A program made the position numbers and the translations under genes. A DNA stretch of 64,000 nt from a virus (Duplodnaviria; Caudoviricetes): positions 1 through 64,000 of the IMG/VR virus record IMGVR_UViG_3300021431_000087; one strand, written 5' to 3'. The notes beneath the pieces are model-generated. The model was not told the origin of the DNA. It saw only the letters and a program-made list of their open reading frames with translations, and searched no databases. How positions within the stretch are numbered: the first letter of the stretch is position 1; each line of letters opens with the position of its first letter. Positions 54,131 to 63,172 of this stretch are shown here, in pieces.

Positions 54131-54637
54131 TTACTTAAACATAACCACACCAAACATCAGCACGGCAAGCAGCCATCCTGTGACTGTCCATACGAGGAAC
54201 CTTTTCCATTCACGTTCTGTCTTTTCCTCCAGTCTCTTAATGTCATTCAGCTTGTACAGGTGCTCACCGAAATGCTCTATGAATACCTCTTCCACATAGC
54301 GCTTTACTTTCGTGGCAATTCGCTGACGCATTTTCTCTGGGATAGAGAACAGTGTCTTCTCAAACTCACCAGTTGGTGTGACATAATACTCATTCAATAA
54401 CACATCAAACTTGTAGTGTTCCTTGTTTTTCTCTCCGTAACGGTTTGAAACGAACCGCCCGTCAAATTCAATCTTCACGACACCTTCTTTGTCGTATATC
54501 TCCCTGGCCTTTTCCTCAATCTTCTTGGCTTTCATCGTTGCCATCTGGACAAGGCGATTGTAATCATTCTGCGTCAGTTCCACTTTGGGATTGACGTAGG
54601 TTTCTTTTAAGATTTTTTCCACCATAGATTTTATCAT
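54131..54637 (-). CDS. Hypothetical protein with C-terminal TM anchor
   Basis: 'FLVWTVTGWLLAVLMFGVVMF'. Confidence 0.7.
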   Translation of the reverse strand: MIKSMVEKILKETYVNPKVELTQNDYNRLVQMATMKAKKIEEKAREIYDKEGVVKIEFDGRFVSNRYGEKNKEHYKFDVLLNEYYVTPTGEFEKTLFSIPEKMRQRIATKVKRYVEEVFIEHFGEHLYKLNDIKRLEEKTEREWKRFLVWTVTGWLLAVLMFGVVMFK

Positions 54638-54657
54638 TTATTGGGATTAATATATTG

Positions 54658-55083
54658 TCATTTATCTTTTAGCTTATAGCCGAACTGCTTAACATATTTT
54701 CTTAGGACATTAAGACTACCCATTCCAAAGCCTCTTCTGCTAAGATAGAACTTCTCACTTATCTGTAAAATATCCCCCAAAGTCTCGCAGTTGAGTTCAT
54801 TTAAAGTTCGCCACACTTTCGTATTGAAATCCGCCTTATTCAATCTCCGTTTGAGAATTGCATCAGGCTTCAGCCTTTCAAGCGGTCTTTCCTTACGCAC
54901 AGCACCACCTTCTAACGCCTCTGCCTCCTCTGTCAAACGCCGCAACTCTACATCCTTGTCTTCCGCACATTCAAGACCTCTCAGAAATCCTTTCATGTAC
55001 AACTCTACAAGAACATGCTTGAAGACACGTTCCACCTCCGTCTCAGCATCCGTACGTACCTTGGATATTATTCCTTCTATCAT
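54658..55083 (-). CDS. RNA polymerase alpha-CTD-like domain protein
   Basis: 'DFNTKVWRTLNELNCETLGDILQISEKFYLSRRGFGMGSLNVLRKYVKQFGYKL'. Confidence 0.7.
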   Translation of the reverse strand: MIEGIISKVRTDAETEVERVFKHVLVELYMKGFLRGLECAEDKDVELRRLTEEAEALEGGAVRKERPLERLKPDAILKRRLNKADFNTKVWRTLNELNCETLGDILQISEKFYLSRRGFGMGSLNVLRKYVKQFGYKLKDK

Positions 55084-55721
55084 AAGTTCTCGTATAACAG
55101 TGTCAAATGATTCTTCTTCACATCTGGAACTTCCATTTCTTTGAATTTACTCTTAAATCCGATATTGAACTGCTGCAGATTGAATGGGTTGCAAATAATA
55201 TGAATTCCGTTCCTTGTACACATTACAAATTCTACATTTCTTTCATGTCCTGATTCCATCGAATTTATATATTCCAATAATTGAGACAGATATGTTTCTG
55301 ACACATCACCGTCAACGTCAACCACCCATAATGAATCACCTCTTTTCACATACTTTCCAGAGCATGATTCAAAGATGTTGTAGAATTTTTTATAGTCATG
55401 TGCTGCAATCCTCCGTGCTGATTCCGCTTGCGTATCAAGAGCAACCTGTGACATCAGTTTGTAGTTCACGGAACAATAAGCACGCATCTTAAGCAGCGTA
55501 CAAACATCTTTTATTTCTTTTTCATATTTGTCAAGGTCACGCAATGAGTAGATATAGTAATTCCGGAAATGATAGTTTGCTGCTGCCATATCTGGATTAT
55601 CCTTTCCTCGGCGTATCAGTTCGATTACGTAATACTTGTCAAGATTACCTTTCTCGTTTGTCTCAGGAAGTCCGCCTCGCAATTTAATGAACTCCCTATA
55701 CATTTTAAAATTATCTGTCAT
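55080..55721 (-). CDS. Hypothetical protein, possible AEP (primase-polymerase) fold
   Basis: 'WVVDVD' (DxD) and 'TRNGIHII' (T/SxxGxH) motifs. Confidence 0.5.
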   Translation of the reverse strand: MTDNFKMYREFIKLRGGLPETNEKGNLDKYYVIELIRRGKDNPDMAAANYHFRNYYIYSLRDLDKYEKEIKDVCTLLKMRAYCSVNYKLMSQVALDTQAESARRIAAHDYKKFYNIFESCSGKYVKRGDSLWVVDVDGDVSETYLSQLLEYINSMESGHERNVEFVMCTRNGIHIICNPFNLQQFNIGFKSKFKEMEVPDVKKNHLTLLYENL

Positions 55722-55736
55722 AAATACTCCTCCTTT

Positions 55737-56273
55737 TTACCTGCTCTTCTTTGGCTTTAAATGCGTAGCTTGCACGTATAATGACGGATGTTCATGGATA
55801 TAGTCCATAACTCGTTTTGTCATATTTTTCTTAAATCCATTGCAAGCTGTCTCGTTTTCTTCAACTTGCAATAACTGTTCGTCTTCATCGTTGAAAGGAT
55901 TAATGCCATCGTAGCACTCTTTGTTCATTTGGATATTGGCACAATCGCCTACATGATCGGGCTGTCCTTTATAGTTGATGTAGCGCATAAAATAGCCACA
56001 TTTTCCACACTTCTTAGCCCTTGCCTTATCCCTCCGTTCATTATCTAACCTACAAAATTCTTGGCAGTATTCCTCCCATATTTCTTGTATGGCAAGAGTT
56101 GTCACCCCATACCACCAACGTCGTCTGTGCTTTCCGTACCAGCGATATACAATCAACTTATTATTGTTGCTTTCCGGATGAGGGAGGATGTGCAGCACAT
56201 GAGCCTTACATACGCTATCCGTCGCCCTGTCATCGTAAAAGTAGTATGCCTTCCCTTCTTGAATTGTTTCCAT
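55737..56273 (-). CDS. Hypothetical protein with Cys-rich C-terminal half
   Basis: CGKCGYF...C...C...C. Confidence 0.65.
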   Translation of the reverse strand: METIQEGKAYYFYDDRATDSVCKAHVLHILPHPESNNNKLIVYRWYGKHRRRWWYGVTTLAIQEIWEEYCQEFCRLDNERRDKARAKKCGKCGYFMRYINYKGQPDHVGDCANIQMNKECYDGINPFNDEDEQLLQVEENETACNGFKKNMTKRVMDYIHEHPSLYVQATHLKPKKSR

Positions 56274-56276
56274 AAA

Positions 56277-56501
56277 TCATTTTAATTCGTTTATTTTTTC
56301 TTCTATATTTTTTTTCAACGCATCAAGACACCCAAGTAATTCAGAAACCGCTCCGTCTTTGTCTTTATATGGATCAGTCTCGTAATACATCTCACCTATA
56401 GAAATAGAGCCTAACCACCTGCCACTTTGTTCGTTTCTCGCTACGGTAATAGTTACACAAGGAGAACAATATATACCTGTCTTTTTTGCTATTTTGTTCA
56501 T
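56277..56501 (-). CDS. Hypothetical protein
   Basis: 74 aa, coupled. Confidence 0.55.
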   Translation of the reverse strand: MNKIAKKTGIYCSPCVTITVARNEQSGRWLGSISIGEMYYETDPYKDKDGAVSELLGCLDALKKNIEEKINELK

Positions 56502-56812
56502 ATCATTATGGTCTTTGTTCGTTTATACTGATTCCTTAGTTCCGACGTGCTGTAGCCAAATGCTCCAAGCGAGTCTATGTATGCGATAGCTTCTTCCTCC
56601 GTCATATGGGAGAGGTCTTTGACTTGTATTCTCGAAACACCTGAAACTTTTATAAAATTTTTCGAAGTCCGCAGATACTCAACGACCTCTTCCATCAAGC
56701 TAAATGGAAGAAAACCTTCGACATAAATACCGTCCTCCTCACTACGCATTATCTTTACCTTTTTGCGCAGCATCCTTGTTACGCATTCACGTGTTTCCTC
56801 TGTGCTTGCCAT
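56498..56812 (-). CDS. Hypothetical protein
   Basis: Likely start 56812 (TAATG overlap). Confidence 0.6.
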   Translation of the reverse strand: MASTEETRECVTRMLRKKVKIMRSEEDGIYVEGFLPFSLMEEVVEYLRTSKNFIKVSGVSRIQVKDLSHMTEEEAIAYIDSLGAFGYSTSELRNQYKRTKTIMI

Positions 56813-57321
56813 TAACACTTTTCTTTCCATAACTTGTCCTCATTCTTTAGTTGGTTGACGAAGCTCTCCAACATGGTCTGATAAACGTCCCTGTCTTTTA
56901 GGAACATGAGGTAGTCGAAGCGCAGACGATAGACAGTACTGATATAATAACACTTCTCATAGCCAAACAGTTTGTCCTGTAGGTTCAGCAGCGTCTTGAT
57001 ATACTCATCGCCACTATAGAACATGTTGACAAGCCGAACAATCTCATCAACGCAGTTTACGTACCCGCCGGTTTCCGTATCTTTGTCCCATTTCCACCAT
57101 TTTACGTTTTTTTTCTTATGCCCGTGCATCAATTCTGTCAGCCCGAGCAGATAGTTTGCCTGATCGTGCTTGATGAGATATTTGCCGAGCCGAAACCACG
57201 ATGTGAGATTCTTGCAGGCATACACATGCTCTCCGTTGATAGTACTTTCAGACTTCATTGACTGCTCTCTGCGGCCAGCGTAGTCCTGTATCTTCCATTC
57301 GGTTATAAAAATCTCTGCCAT
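56812..57321 (-). CDS. Hypothetical protein
   Basis: 169 aa, operon packing. Confidence 0.65.
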   Translation of the reverse strand: MAEIFITEWKIQDYAGRREQSMKSESTINGEHVYACKNLTSWFRLGKYLIKHDQANYLLGLTELMHGHKKKNVKWWKWDKDTETGGYVNCVDEIVRLVNMFYSGDEYIKTLLNLQDKLFGYEKCYYISTVYRLRFDYLMFLKDRDVYQTMLESFVNQLKNEDKLWKEKC

Positions 57322-57324
57322 CGC

Positions 57325-57777
57325 TCAGTCCTCCTTACTAATGATTTCCCTTACATCTTCCTGATCAAATCGGAAGTCCATGCAATAGCGCTGCAGACAG
57401 CAGCAGACCACCTCCTCTCCAACAGCCTTATAATATTCTGCAACGTGATAGAGGTTGGGAATGGTGTTAGGGTCGAACTCTTCCTTGTGTGCCTTGATGC
57501 GGTGTATCGCATTGTATCGGTACAATCCAATCTCGCTCATCATCAAACCGTAGTCAAGCCAACCTTTTCTCTTGGTTTCCTCTTCAATGCCTGGCGGTGT
57601 CGGTTCTTCCTGCTTCATCTCGTCAATGATGGACTTTACCGACCCCAGTGCCTCAAGCTCGGCAGCGACCATACACTCCTCTGTCGTGCCAAGCGGGTCT
57701 GGGTTGCAACTTCTTTTCAGCGTTTCAATGATTCCATCTATCTTTGCTGTTATTTTCTCTGAATCAATATACTTCAT
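57325..57777 (-). CDS. Hypothetical protein
   Basis: 150 aa, 'MKYID' N-terminus common in Bacteroidales phages. Confidence 0.65.
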   Translation of the reverse strand: MKYIDSEKITAKIDGIIETLKRSCNPDPLGTTEECMVAAELEALGSVKSIIDEMKQEEPTPPGIEEETKRKGWLDYGLMMSEIGLYRYNAIHRIKAHKEEFDPNTIPNLYHVAEYYKAVGEEVVCCCLQRYCMDFRFDQEDVREIISKED

Positions 57778-57790
57778 AGTTCCTATTATT

Positions 57791-58855
57791 TTAAATTAAC
57801 GGACTGTCGTAAGTATTTACTTTAGCAAATTCTTTTTTTAATTCTTTAACCCTATCCATTTCATCGCAATGCGTCACATCAAGGACATAGTTAACACCCT
57901 TTGCATCGTCAGTAATCCTATTGTGAAGTTCTGTTATATCAAGTTCTCCATAGCGGAACATTCCTTGATGCTCATTGTAATGGTTTGTCCTGTCCTCCAA
58001 TATGTCGGAAGAAAGAGCATACCTACTTATCTCATTGCTGATATACCCGTCGCCATGTCTTGTAAGATACGGACGTGTCACATAGTGCGCGGTTATATCC
58101 TCTATTCCCATTTGCCTTGCCATTGAAAGCGCATAGGAAATACCCGTATTGGATGGAGTGGTGTCTTCCGTATCTTTGCCTGTGTCGCAAAGGAGAAGTC
58201 CTTGACCATTCTCGAAAACAATATTGTCGTAGCTATTCATTGTCACAACGTCTGCGGGCTTTGTTAGTGAGTGCATGATCTGACAATCTCGGACGAAATG
58301 TACCTTCAGTATGTCTGAATCCCACGTATCCTTCCATTTTGTCGGTATTTCCATGAAATTCTCGTAGTAAAACTTCACGCTTTCGAGATACTCATATTGT
58401 CTATCTTCATTTTTAACAAAGTCATCAAACAGCATGATAGGCATGCTTCCGTAGCGTTTGATTGTCATCCATATACCCATTCCACATGATGCGTGTCTCC
58501 CTCTTGCTTCTTCGTCTATAAGATTAGCCATAGCGTCATAAGGCGTGCTCCATCTGCATCTTGGGTCGCGGTAGATATGTTTCGGTTTTACTATCAATTC
58601 GCAGTATTCCTTAACGAACTGCATAGGGTTTAGGATATACCATGCTGAATAGTAGTTGTCCGCACCATAACAAGTGCCGCTTCCAAAGTGCTGAAACGTC
58701 ATTGAACCGTCCTTGGTGAGAATGGAGTGCCCACGCTGTGAGCCTCCATTCGTCAAGACATTCAGCACATTTGTGCCAGTTTTTGTAAGGTGGGCGACGA
58801 CCGTACCCTTTCCCTCATCTCCATAATTTGCTCCAATTACTATTCTTGCATTCAT
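57791..58855 (-). CDS. Divergent adenylosuccinate-synthetase (PurA) family ligase
   Basis: 'GANYGDEGKG', 'NGGSQRGH', 'SCGMGI', 'FENGQGLLL', 'TTPSNTG', 'YLTRHGDG', 'FRYGELD', 'VTHCD'; 354 aa. Confidence 0.85.
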   Translation of the reverse strand: MNARIVIGANYGDEGKGTVVAHLTKTGTNVLNVLTNGGSQRGHSILTKDGSMTFQHFGSGTCYGADNYYSAWYILNPMQFVKEYCELIVKPKHIYRDPRCRWSTPYDAMANLIDEEARGRHASCGMGIWMTIKRYGSMPIMLFDDFVKNEDRQYEYLESVKFYYENFMEIPTKWKDTWDSDILKVHFVRDCQIMHSLTKPADVVTMNSYDNIVFENGQGLLLCDTGKDTEDTTPSNTGISYALSMARQMGIEDITAHYVTRPYLTRHGDGYISNEISRYALSSDILEDRTNHYNEHQGMFRYGELDITELHNRITDDAKGVNYVLDVTHCDEMDRVKELKKEFAKVNTYDSPLI

Positions 58856-58861
58856 AGGCCT

Positions 58862-59725
58862 CTACCAACTTATTAAACCACTATTCAGTTTGCTTTCTGG
58901 CTGCTGTTCTACGCCCTCCAAACTTTCGTTGATACACGTTTCTATCACTGCAGCAAGGTTGTTGATTGAAGCTACCTTATAGCGCAGACCAAGAACAGAT
59001 CCAAAGCTGCTGGCTATGTCATTCTGATAAAACTTGTAGCTATCTTGCGGACTATCCACGGCGATGTGGAAGATATCGAACTTTTCAGTTGCCTCCTGAT
59101 AGAGCTGGAGTGTCTCGATGTCGGCCTGTTCCGTACCACCGATAGCTTGGTTCAATTTGTCCACCGGAAGATAGGGATTCAGCGGCTCGTCACCCATAGT
59201 GATGATGATACCTTTCCGATGCTGTTTGTCATAGCAGTCAAGTTTCGTTCGCTTCAATCCCATGTACCAAGCAGCCGTGTAACTCTCGTAGCGATTTCCA
59301 CCGCCACCATGCTCCATATAGACTTTGTCTAACGACTCTACTATGCGGATGTCGCTCTCGAACTGACTCATTTGAATTGGTGCACGGTCGTAAGCCAAAT
59401 CACCTATGCCCATCATACAGAACTCTATGTCCTTAAACTTCTTGTAGAGGTTAAAAATAATGGTGCCCAGAGCTGCCGCAGTCTCGCTACAAGCCTCGCC
59501 CATCGAACCAGTAACGTCAAGACCAAGGATAACAGGAATGGTATTAGGGTGCTCTTCGCTATTGACACATTCCCTTACCTTAAAGTTTCTTGGGTCAAGT
59601 GAAGGGTCTATGTTCCTTGCAATAAACTCCTGTCCTTTAACACGTCCCGTTGAAGAATCATAACTGCGACCAAGACTGGTTGCGTAGGTACGCATTGAAC
59701 TATGTGATACTGTTCCGCTTCCCAT
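58862..59725 (-). CDS. von Willebrand factor A domain protein
   Basis: MIDAS-like 'LGLDVTGSMG', 'GGGGNRYESY', 'ITMGDEP'. Confidence 0.85.
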   Translation of the reverse strand: MGSGTVSHSSMRTYATSLGRSYDSSTGRVKGQEFIARNIDPSLDPRNFKVRECVNSEEHPNTIPVILGLDVTGSMGEACSETAAALGTIIFNLYKKFKDIEFCMMGIGDLAYDRAPIQMSQFESDIRIVESLDKVYMEHGGGGNRYESYTAAWYMGLKRTKLDCYDKQHRKGIIITMGDEPLNPYLPVDKLNQAIGGTEQADIETLQLYQEATEKFDIFHIAVDSPQDSYKFYQNDIASSFGSVLGLRYKVASINNLAAVIETCINESLEGVEQQPESKLNSGLISW

Positions 59726-59829
59726 TACTTCTCCTCCTTTTTGTTTTCATTGTTTGTTACTTTGTTTGTCTGATTCTGAACGTTTTCCTTTGCGTACTCA
59801 GGAAATACGACATTACCTATTGCTCCCAT
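59725..59829 (-). CDS. 34-aa peptide coupled to the vWA gene
   Basis: MGAIGNVVFPEYAKENVQNQTNKVTNNENKKEEK; TAATG overlap with the vWA start, fills the gap. Confidence 0.5.
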   Translation of the reverse strand: MGAIGNVVFPEYAKENVQNQTNKVTNNENKKEEK

Positions 59830-59832
59830 CGT

Positions 59833-60441
59833 TTAATCCTCCTCGCTTGTTCCTGTTTCCTCTTCGTTATCGCTCTCACTGAAGTCAAAGTCAAACATAC
59901 CGTCAAACGGATTTTCCTTGCCGCCCATAAACATCGACATTGCCATCATCTGGCCGAATCCGTTATTGTTCGTGCTATTGTTTCCACCTCCCATCATTTG
60001 AGAGAACATCATCATCTTCATCATATTTCCAAGTCCCCTGCCGCCTTTAAAGGCATTACCAAACATGGAAACGATTTTCCCATAGAAGTATGTACTGCCC
60101 ATGAAAACGTGTCGCTCTGGCACAACCTGTCGAACCTCTGCGTTTTCATAATCTATAACCGTGATAATCTTCTTGTTAGCCTCTGTTACGCACTTTGGCT
60201 TTCCACCTACAAGGATAATGTCGCCAACCTCAACCTTATTTGTTGGAATAACAAAAAACATCTCATCACCTACGTTGAAGCAGAAATTAGTAACATTGGT
60301 TAAAGTCCCTTTCTTTATATTATAGGACTTGTAGCCGTTAGAGCACTTGACAGCGATGCTGCCATTCATAGTAAGACGGCACATGCCTGATGCTATCTTA
60401 CCAAACATACCATTAAAGGAGTTCTGAATGTTTTCAAACAT
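59833..60441 (-). CDS. Hypothetical protein with Met/Gly/Asn-rich C-terminus
   Basis: 'NMMKMMMFSQMMGGGNNSTNNNGFGQMMAMSMFMGG' plus acidic tail. Confidence 0.75.
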   Translation of the reverse strand: MFENIQNSFNGMFGKIASGMCRLTMNGSIAVKCSNGYKSYNIKKGTLTNVTNFCFNVGDEMFFVIPTNKVEVGDIILVGGKPKCVTEANKKIITVIDYENAEVRQVVPERHVFMGSTYFYGKIVSMFGNAFKGGRGLGNMMKMMMFSQMMGGGNNSTNNNGFGQMMAMSMFMGGKENPFDGMFDFDFSESDNEEETGTSEED

Positions 60442-60476
60442 AATTATTTATTTTTTTTGTTTATATTATGCAGGAC

Positions 60477-60881
60477 TCAAACCTGCGTTAGTTTTTCTTT
60501 CCATAGTTTTGTCCCGTCGAGCGTTGTGCGTCTGCCCAATACCTCTACGAGGTATTTCTTTCCTTTCTCCGCGCCCCATTCCTCACGACCCTCGCGGTAC
60601 TCGATGGCTTTCAACTCGAAGGTCATGCGGCGCGATTCATCATCCTTCTTCGGATAACCCAACGAGAACTGGACGTGGGTGTAATCGGTGGGTACGCCTT
60701 TCTTCGTACAGTGGCTTACGGCACAGTAACCTCCCCAGTCACAATCGCCCTTCGAGCGGCAAAGCCGCTTCACCCAATAGAAGACATCCCGATATTCCTC
60801 CGTCTTCTCGCCAGACTCTATCATTCTGTAGTACTTAGCCTTCAGTGGCTGATACAGGATTTTAATTCTTTGCTGTTCCAT
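60477..60881 (-). CDS. ASCH/PUA-like domain protein
   Basis: 'LKAKYYRMIESGEKTEEYR', 'FSLGYP', 'EWGAEKG'; likely start 60881. Confidence 0.8.
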   Translation of the reverse strand: MEQQRIKILYQPLKAKYYRMIESGEKTEEYRDVFYWVKRLCRSKGDCDWGGYCAVSHCTKKGVPTDYTHVQFSLGYPKKDDESRRMTFELKAIEYREGREEWGAEKGKKYLVEVLGRRTTLDGTKLWKEKLTQV

Positions 60882-60883
60882 AG

Positions 60884-61414
60884 TTATTCCTCCGCTCTTG
60901 ATTTTACACATTGACGCACTATCTGCTCGGTGATGATATTGTTATTGGCCGTAGCCATCTGGTCGAGTTTCTCCACGTCAAATTCCTCGGCAGAGAACTT
61001 GAACTGAATCCAATTTGGCTCAAACTCGCGGTAGTCGAGGAACGTCTTCGGTTCGTCTGTTTCGAGAATGTATTTCACCATGCGCAGCAGACGCTCACCT
61101 GCTGGCTTCGACTCCACAAATCCACTGACATCATACTGGCTGGCCCCACGGCTCTTCCAATACTCGCCGCCGCCTTTAGGACGTTTATCCTTCGGGTCGA
61201 AGCGCACAATGTCACTGTCGAAATACTCAATGGCCACCGATACACCTTTATTCCCAAAACCAAGATTGCCGGAAAAAGGACGATATCTGCGGTTATTGTT
61301 CTCGATATAGAAAGGCACATCTTTGGGGTTAACATGGTTTATCCCGCAAGTGTGCATCCAGTCTTGCACCCACTTTATCAGGTCGTGAAGGGTGATTACT
61401 TCTTGTTCGTTCAT
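60884..61414 (-). CDS. Hypothetical protein
   Basis: 176 aa, operon packing. Confidence 0.65.
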   Translation of the reverse strand: MNEQEVITLHDLIKWVQDWMHTCGINHVNPKDVPFYIENNNRRYRPFSGNLGFGNKGVSVAIEYFDSDIVRFDPKDKRPKGGGEYWKSRGASQYDVSGFVESKPAGERLLRMVKYILETDEPKTFLDYREFEPNWIQFKFSAEEFDVEKLDQMATANNNIITEQIVRQCVKSRAEE

Positions 61415-61417
61415 GAT

Positions 61418-61774
61418 TTATTCCTCCTTGTCTTTAAGTGTTTTCTTTAGTTCTGCTATCAATGCATCTGCATACCTGATGGCAAGAATAGCGGATGCTT
61501 TTGGATAACTCATTCCGTTCATCCATTCCTTCTGATCAGCATTCACGGATATTGCTGCATTAGGAAGAAGCTCCTTGGCTATCTCATAGCGTCGCTGTTC
61601 CCAGTCGATAGAATCTTCCGCTTCTTCTATTTCTACGTAGTTGTCATAGAAGCTGACTGGCAGGTTCATCAACTCGCCTTCGCTATTTCGGAACATGGTA
61701 TAGCTGCCGTCAGCACCGTATCGCTCAACATCTACTATTTCTCCTGTTTTCTTGTCTCTTGCCTTCATTGTCAA
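61418..61774 (-). CDS. Hypothetical protein
   Basis: 'IDWEQRRYEIAKE...A..YADALIAEL' motif common in Bacteroidales phages. Confidence 0.7.
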   Translation of the reverse strand: MTMKARDKKTGEIVDVERYGADGSYTMFRNSEGELMNLPVSFYDNYVEIEEAEDSIDWEQRRYEIAKELLPNAAISVNADQKEWMNGMSYPKASAILAIRYADALIAELKKTLKDKEE

Positions 61775-62241
61775 TCCTTCTTAAATAGTTCTTCATCAAA
61801 CGAGTCAAACCTCTCTACCCATTCGTGGGTCTTTAGATTATATCTTCCGATAGTCCAATTTATCACCACAGATGTATTGTTTGGCAGTTCAAAGTACTTC
61901 TCTACGAAAGCCTTCCATTCCTTTTCTGCCTCCTCGCGAGAATTGATATGGCACACATCGTCGTCGTCAACGTTATGTTCACAGTAGAACTGGTCTGTTA
62001 TCTGGTCAGCAATGTCATCGAGCGACGGCGCGAATTGTGTGACGTTCACTTCCTCAATAATACCGACCCATATAACATCAGTATAATCGTCCATATCCTC
62101 ATCCCAATAGTTGCCGTCGGGATGATCGTATGCGTCCTGCGCAAACGCAATAACCTCGTCAATGGAATCGAACATATCAGTGAAACACTCCGTATCACTG
62201 AGGCCAAAGCCGTACTTTACTTTTTTATCTTCCATAATCAT
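61771..62241 (-). CDS. Acidic hypothetical protein
   Basis: 156 aa, very Asp/Glu-rich. Confidence 0.65.
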   Translation of the reverse strand: MIMEDKKVKYGFGLSDTECFTDMFDSIDEVIAFAQDAYDHPDGNYWDEDMDDYTDVIWVGIIEEVNVTQFAPSLDDIADQITDQFYCEHNVDDDDVCHINSREEAEKEWKAFVEKYFELPNNTSVVINWTIGRYNLKTHEWVERFDSFDEELFKKD

Positions 62242-62816
62242 TACTTTTTACTTCTTGCAAATCTAAAATCTCTACACGCATCCGCTAATTCGTTCCCATG
62301 AGGGCAGAACCTCCGAAGCATTGACATCGTAAGATTTGCGGACATTCCACTGTGCCCTTCCGACATGAACACGTCGTAAGCCTTCTCCAGACGTGCTGCC
62401 AAAACAAGCGACTCATCACGCATTATCTTACAGCAGTCAAGCACTTGCTCCAGCTCCATTCCATGATAGAGGTCGCCGAGACGAATAGGAACAATCTCAT
62501 CCCAATACTCCAACTCGCTATCCAATACAAGACCACGCGCTTCGTTTCGGTAATGCTCGGTCAGTTGCGGTATTCTTGCCCGATGCTCGCGCTCAGCACG
62601 TTCATACTCTTCTCTCCACTTTCGTTGCCCTTCTTCAAATTCAGCCTTTGTCTTACCAAGAACTTTCATATAGGCTTCATCAACGCTGTCTGTGGAATAA
62701 ATTTCCTTTCCATTGAACTTGCCAAAGCACGGTTCGCCTGCGTTCTCGGATTCTTTCTTCAGCCACTCAATGGCTTCATCAAGATTTGTACCTCCAGGTA
62801 TTCTTATCTCTTTCAT
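62241..62816 (-). CDS. Hypothetical protein
   Basis: 'FNGKEIYS', 'RLGDLYHGMEL', 'GHSGMS'. Confidence 0.7.
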   Translation of the reverse strand: MKEIRIPGGTNLDEAIEWLKKESENAGEPCFGKFNGKEIYSTDSVDEAYMKVLGKTKAEFEEGQRKWREEYERAEREHRARIPQLTEHYRNEARGLVLDSELEYWDEIVPIRLGDLYHGMELEQVLDCCKIMRDESLVLAARLEKAYDVFMSEGHSGMSANLTMSMLRRFCPHGNELADACRDFRFARSKK

Positions 62817-62839
62817 CTTTTTTAATACATTCTAAAATA

Positions 62840-63166
62840 TTACTCCCTATAATCATCATAAATCTCCACCTCCCAAAGACCTTCTTTGTTAGACGGCTTA
62901 AATAAGATAATTTTTCCGTACTTCTCGACGAACTTATGCAAGTCGGGAATATCGCACATCCAGGCCTTCGTCGGTTTCTTATAATAACCGCATAATCCTT
63001 TTTCATCTTCCCTTTCTACGTCAAGTAAATAACGAAACCTCTCTTTTACGCTTTCTGATGCACTTGCAGCTATAATTTCATATTTATGGATTTCGCATGG
63101 AACAGCCTCTTCTATAGGTTGTTCGTAATCCCATGTACTTGATCTTGTTACAATATACTTTGTCAT
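62840..63166 (-). CDS. Hypothetical protein
   Basis: C-terminal 'EIYDDYRE' motif. Confidence 0.65.
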   Translation of the reverse strand: MTKYIVTRSSTWDYEQPIEEAVPCEIHKYEIIAASASESVKERFRYLLDVEREDEKGLCGYYKKPTKAWMCDIPDLHKFVEKYGKIILFKPSNKEGLWEVEIYDDYRE

Positions 63167-63172
63167 ACTTTT

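Noticed and set aside
57791-58855. PurZ (2-aminoadenine genome) pathway
   Set aside because: The P-loop is GDEGKG (Asp kept, not Ser), and no DatZ, MazZ or DpoZ-like neighbours were recognised.
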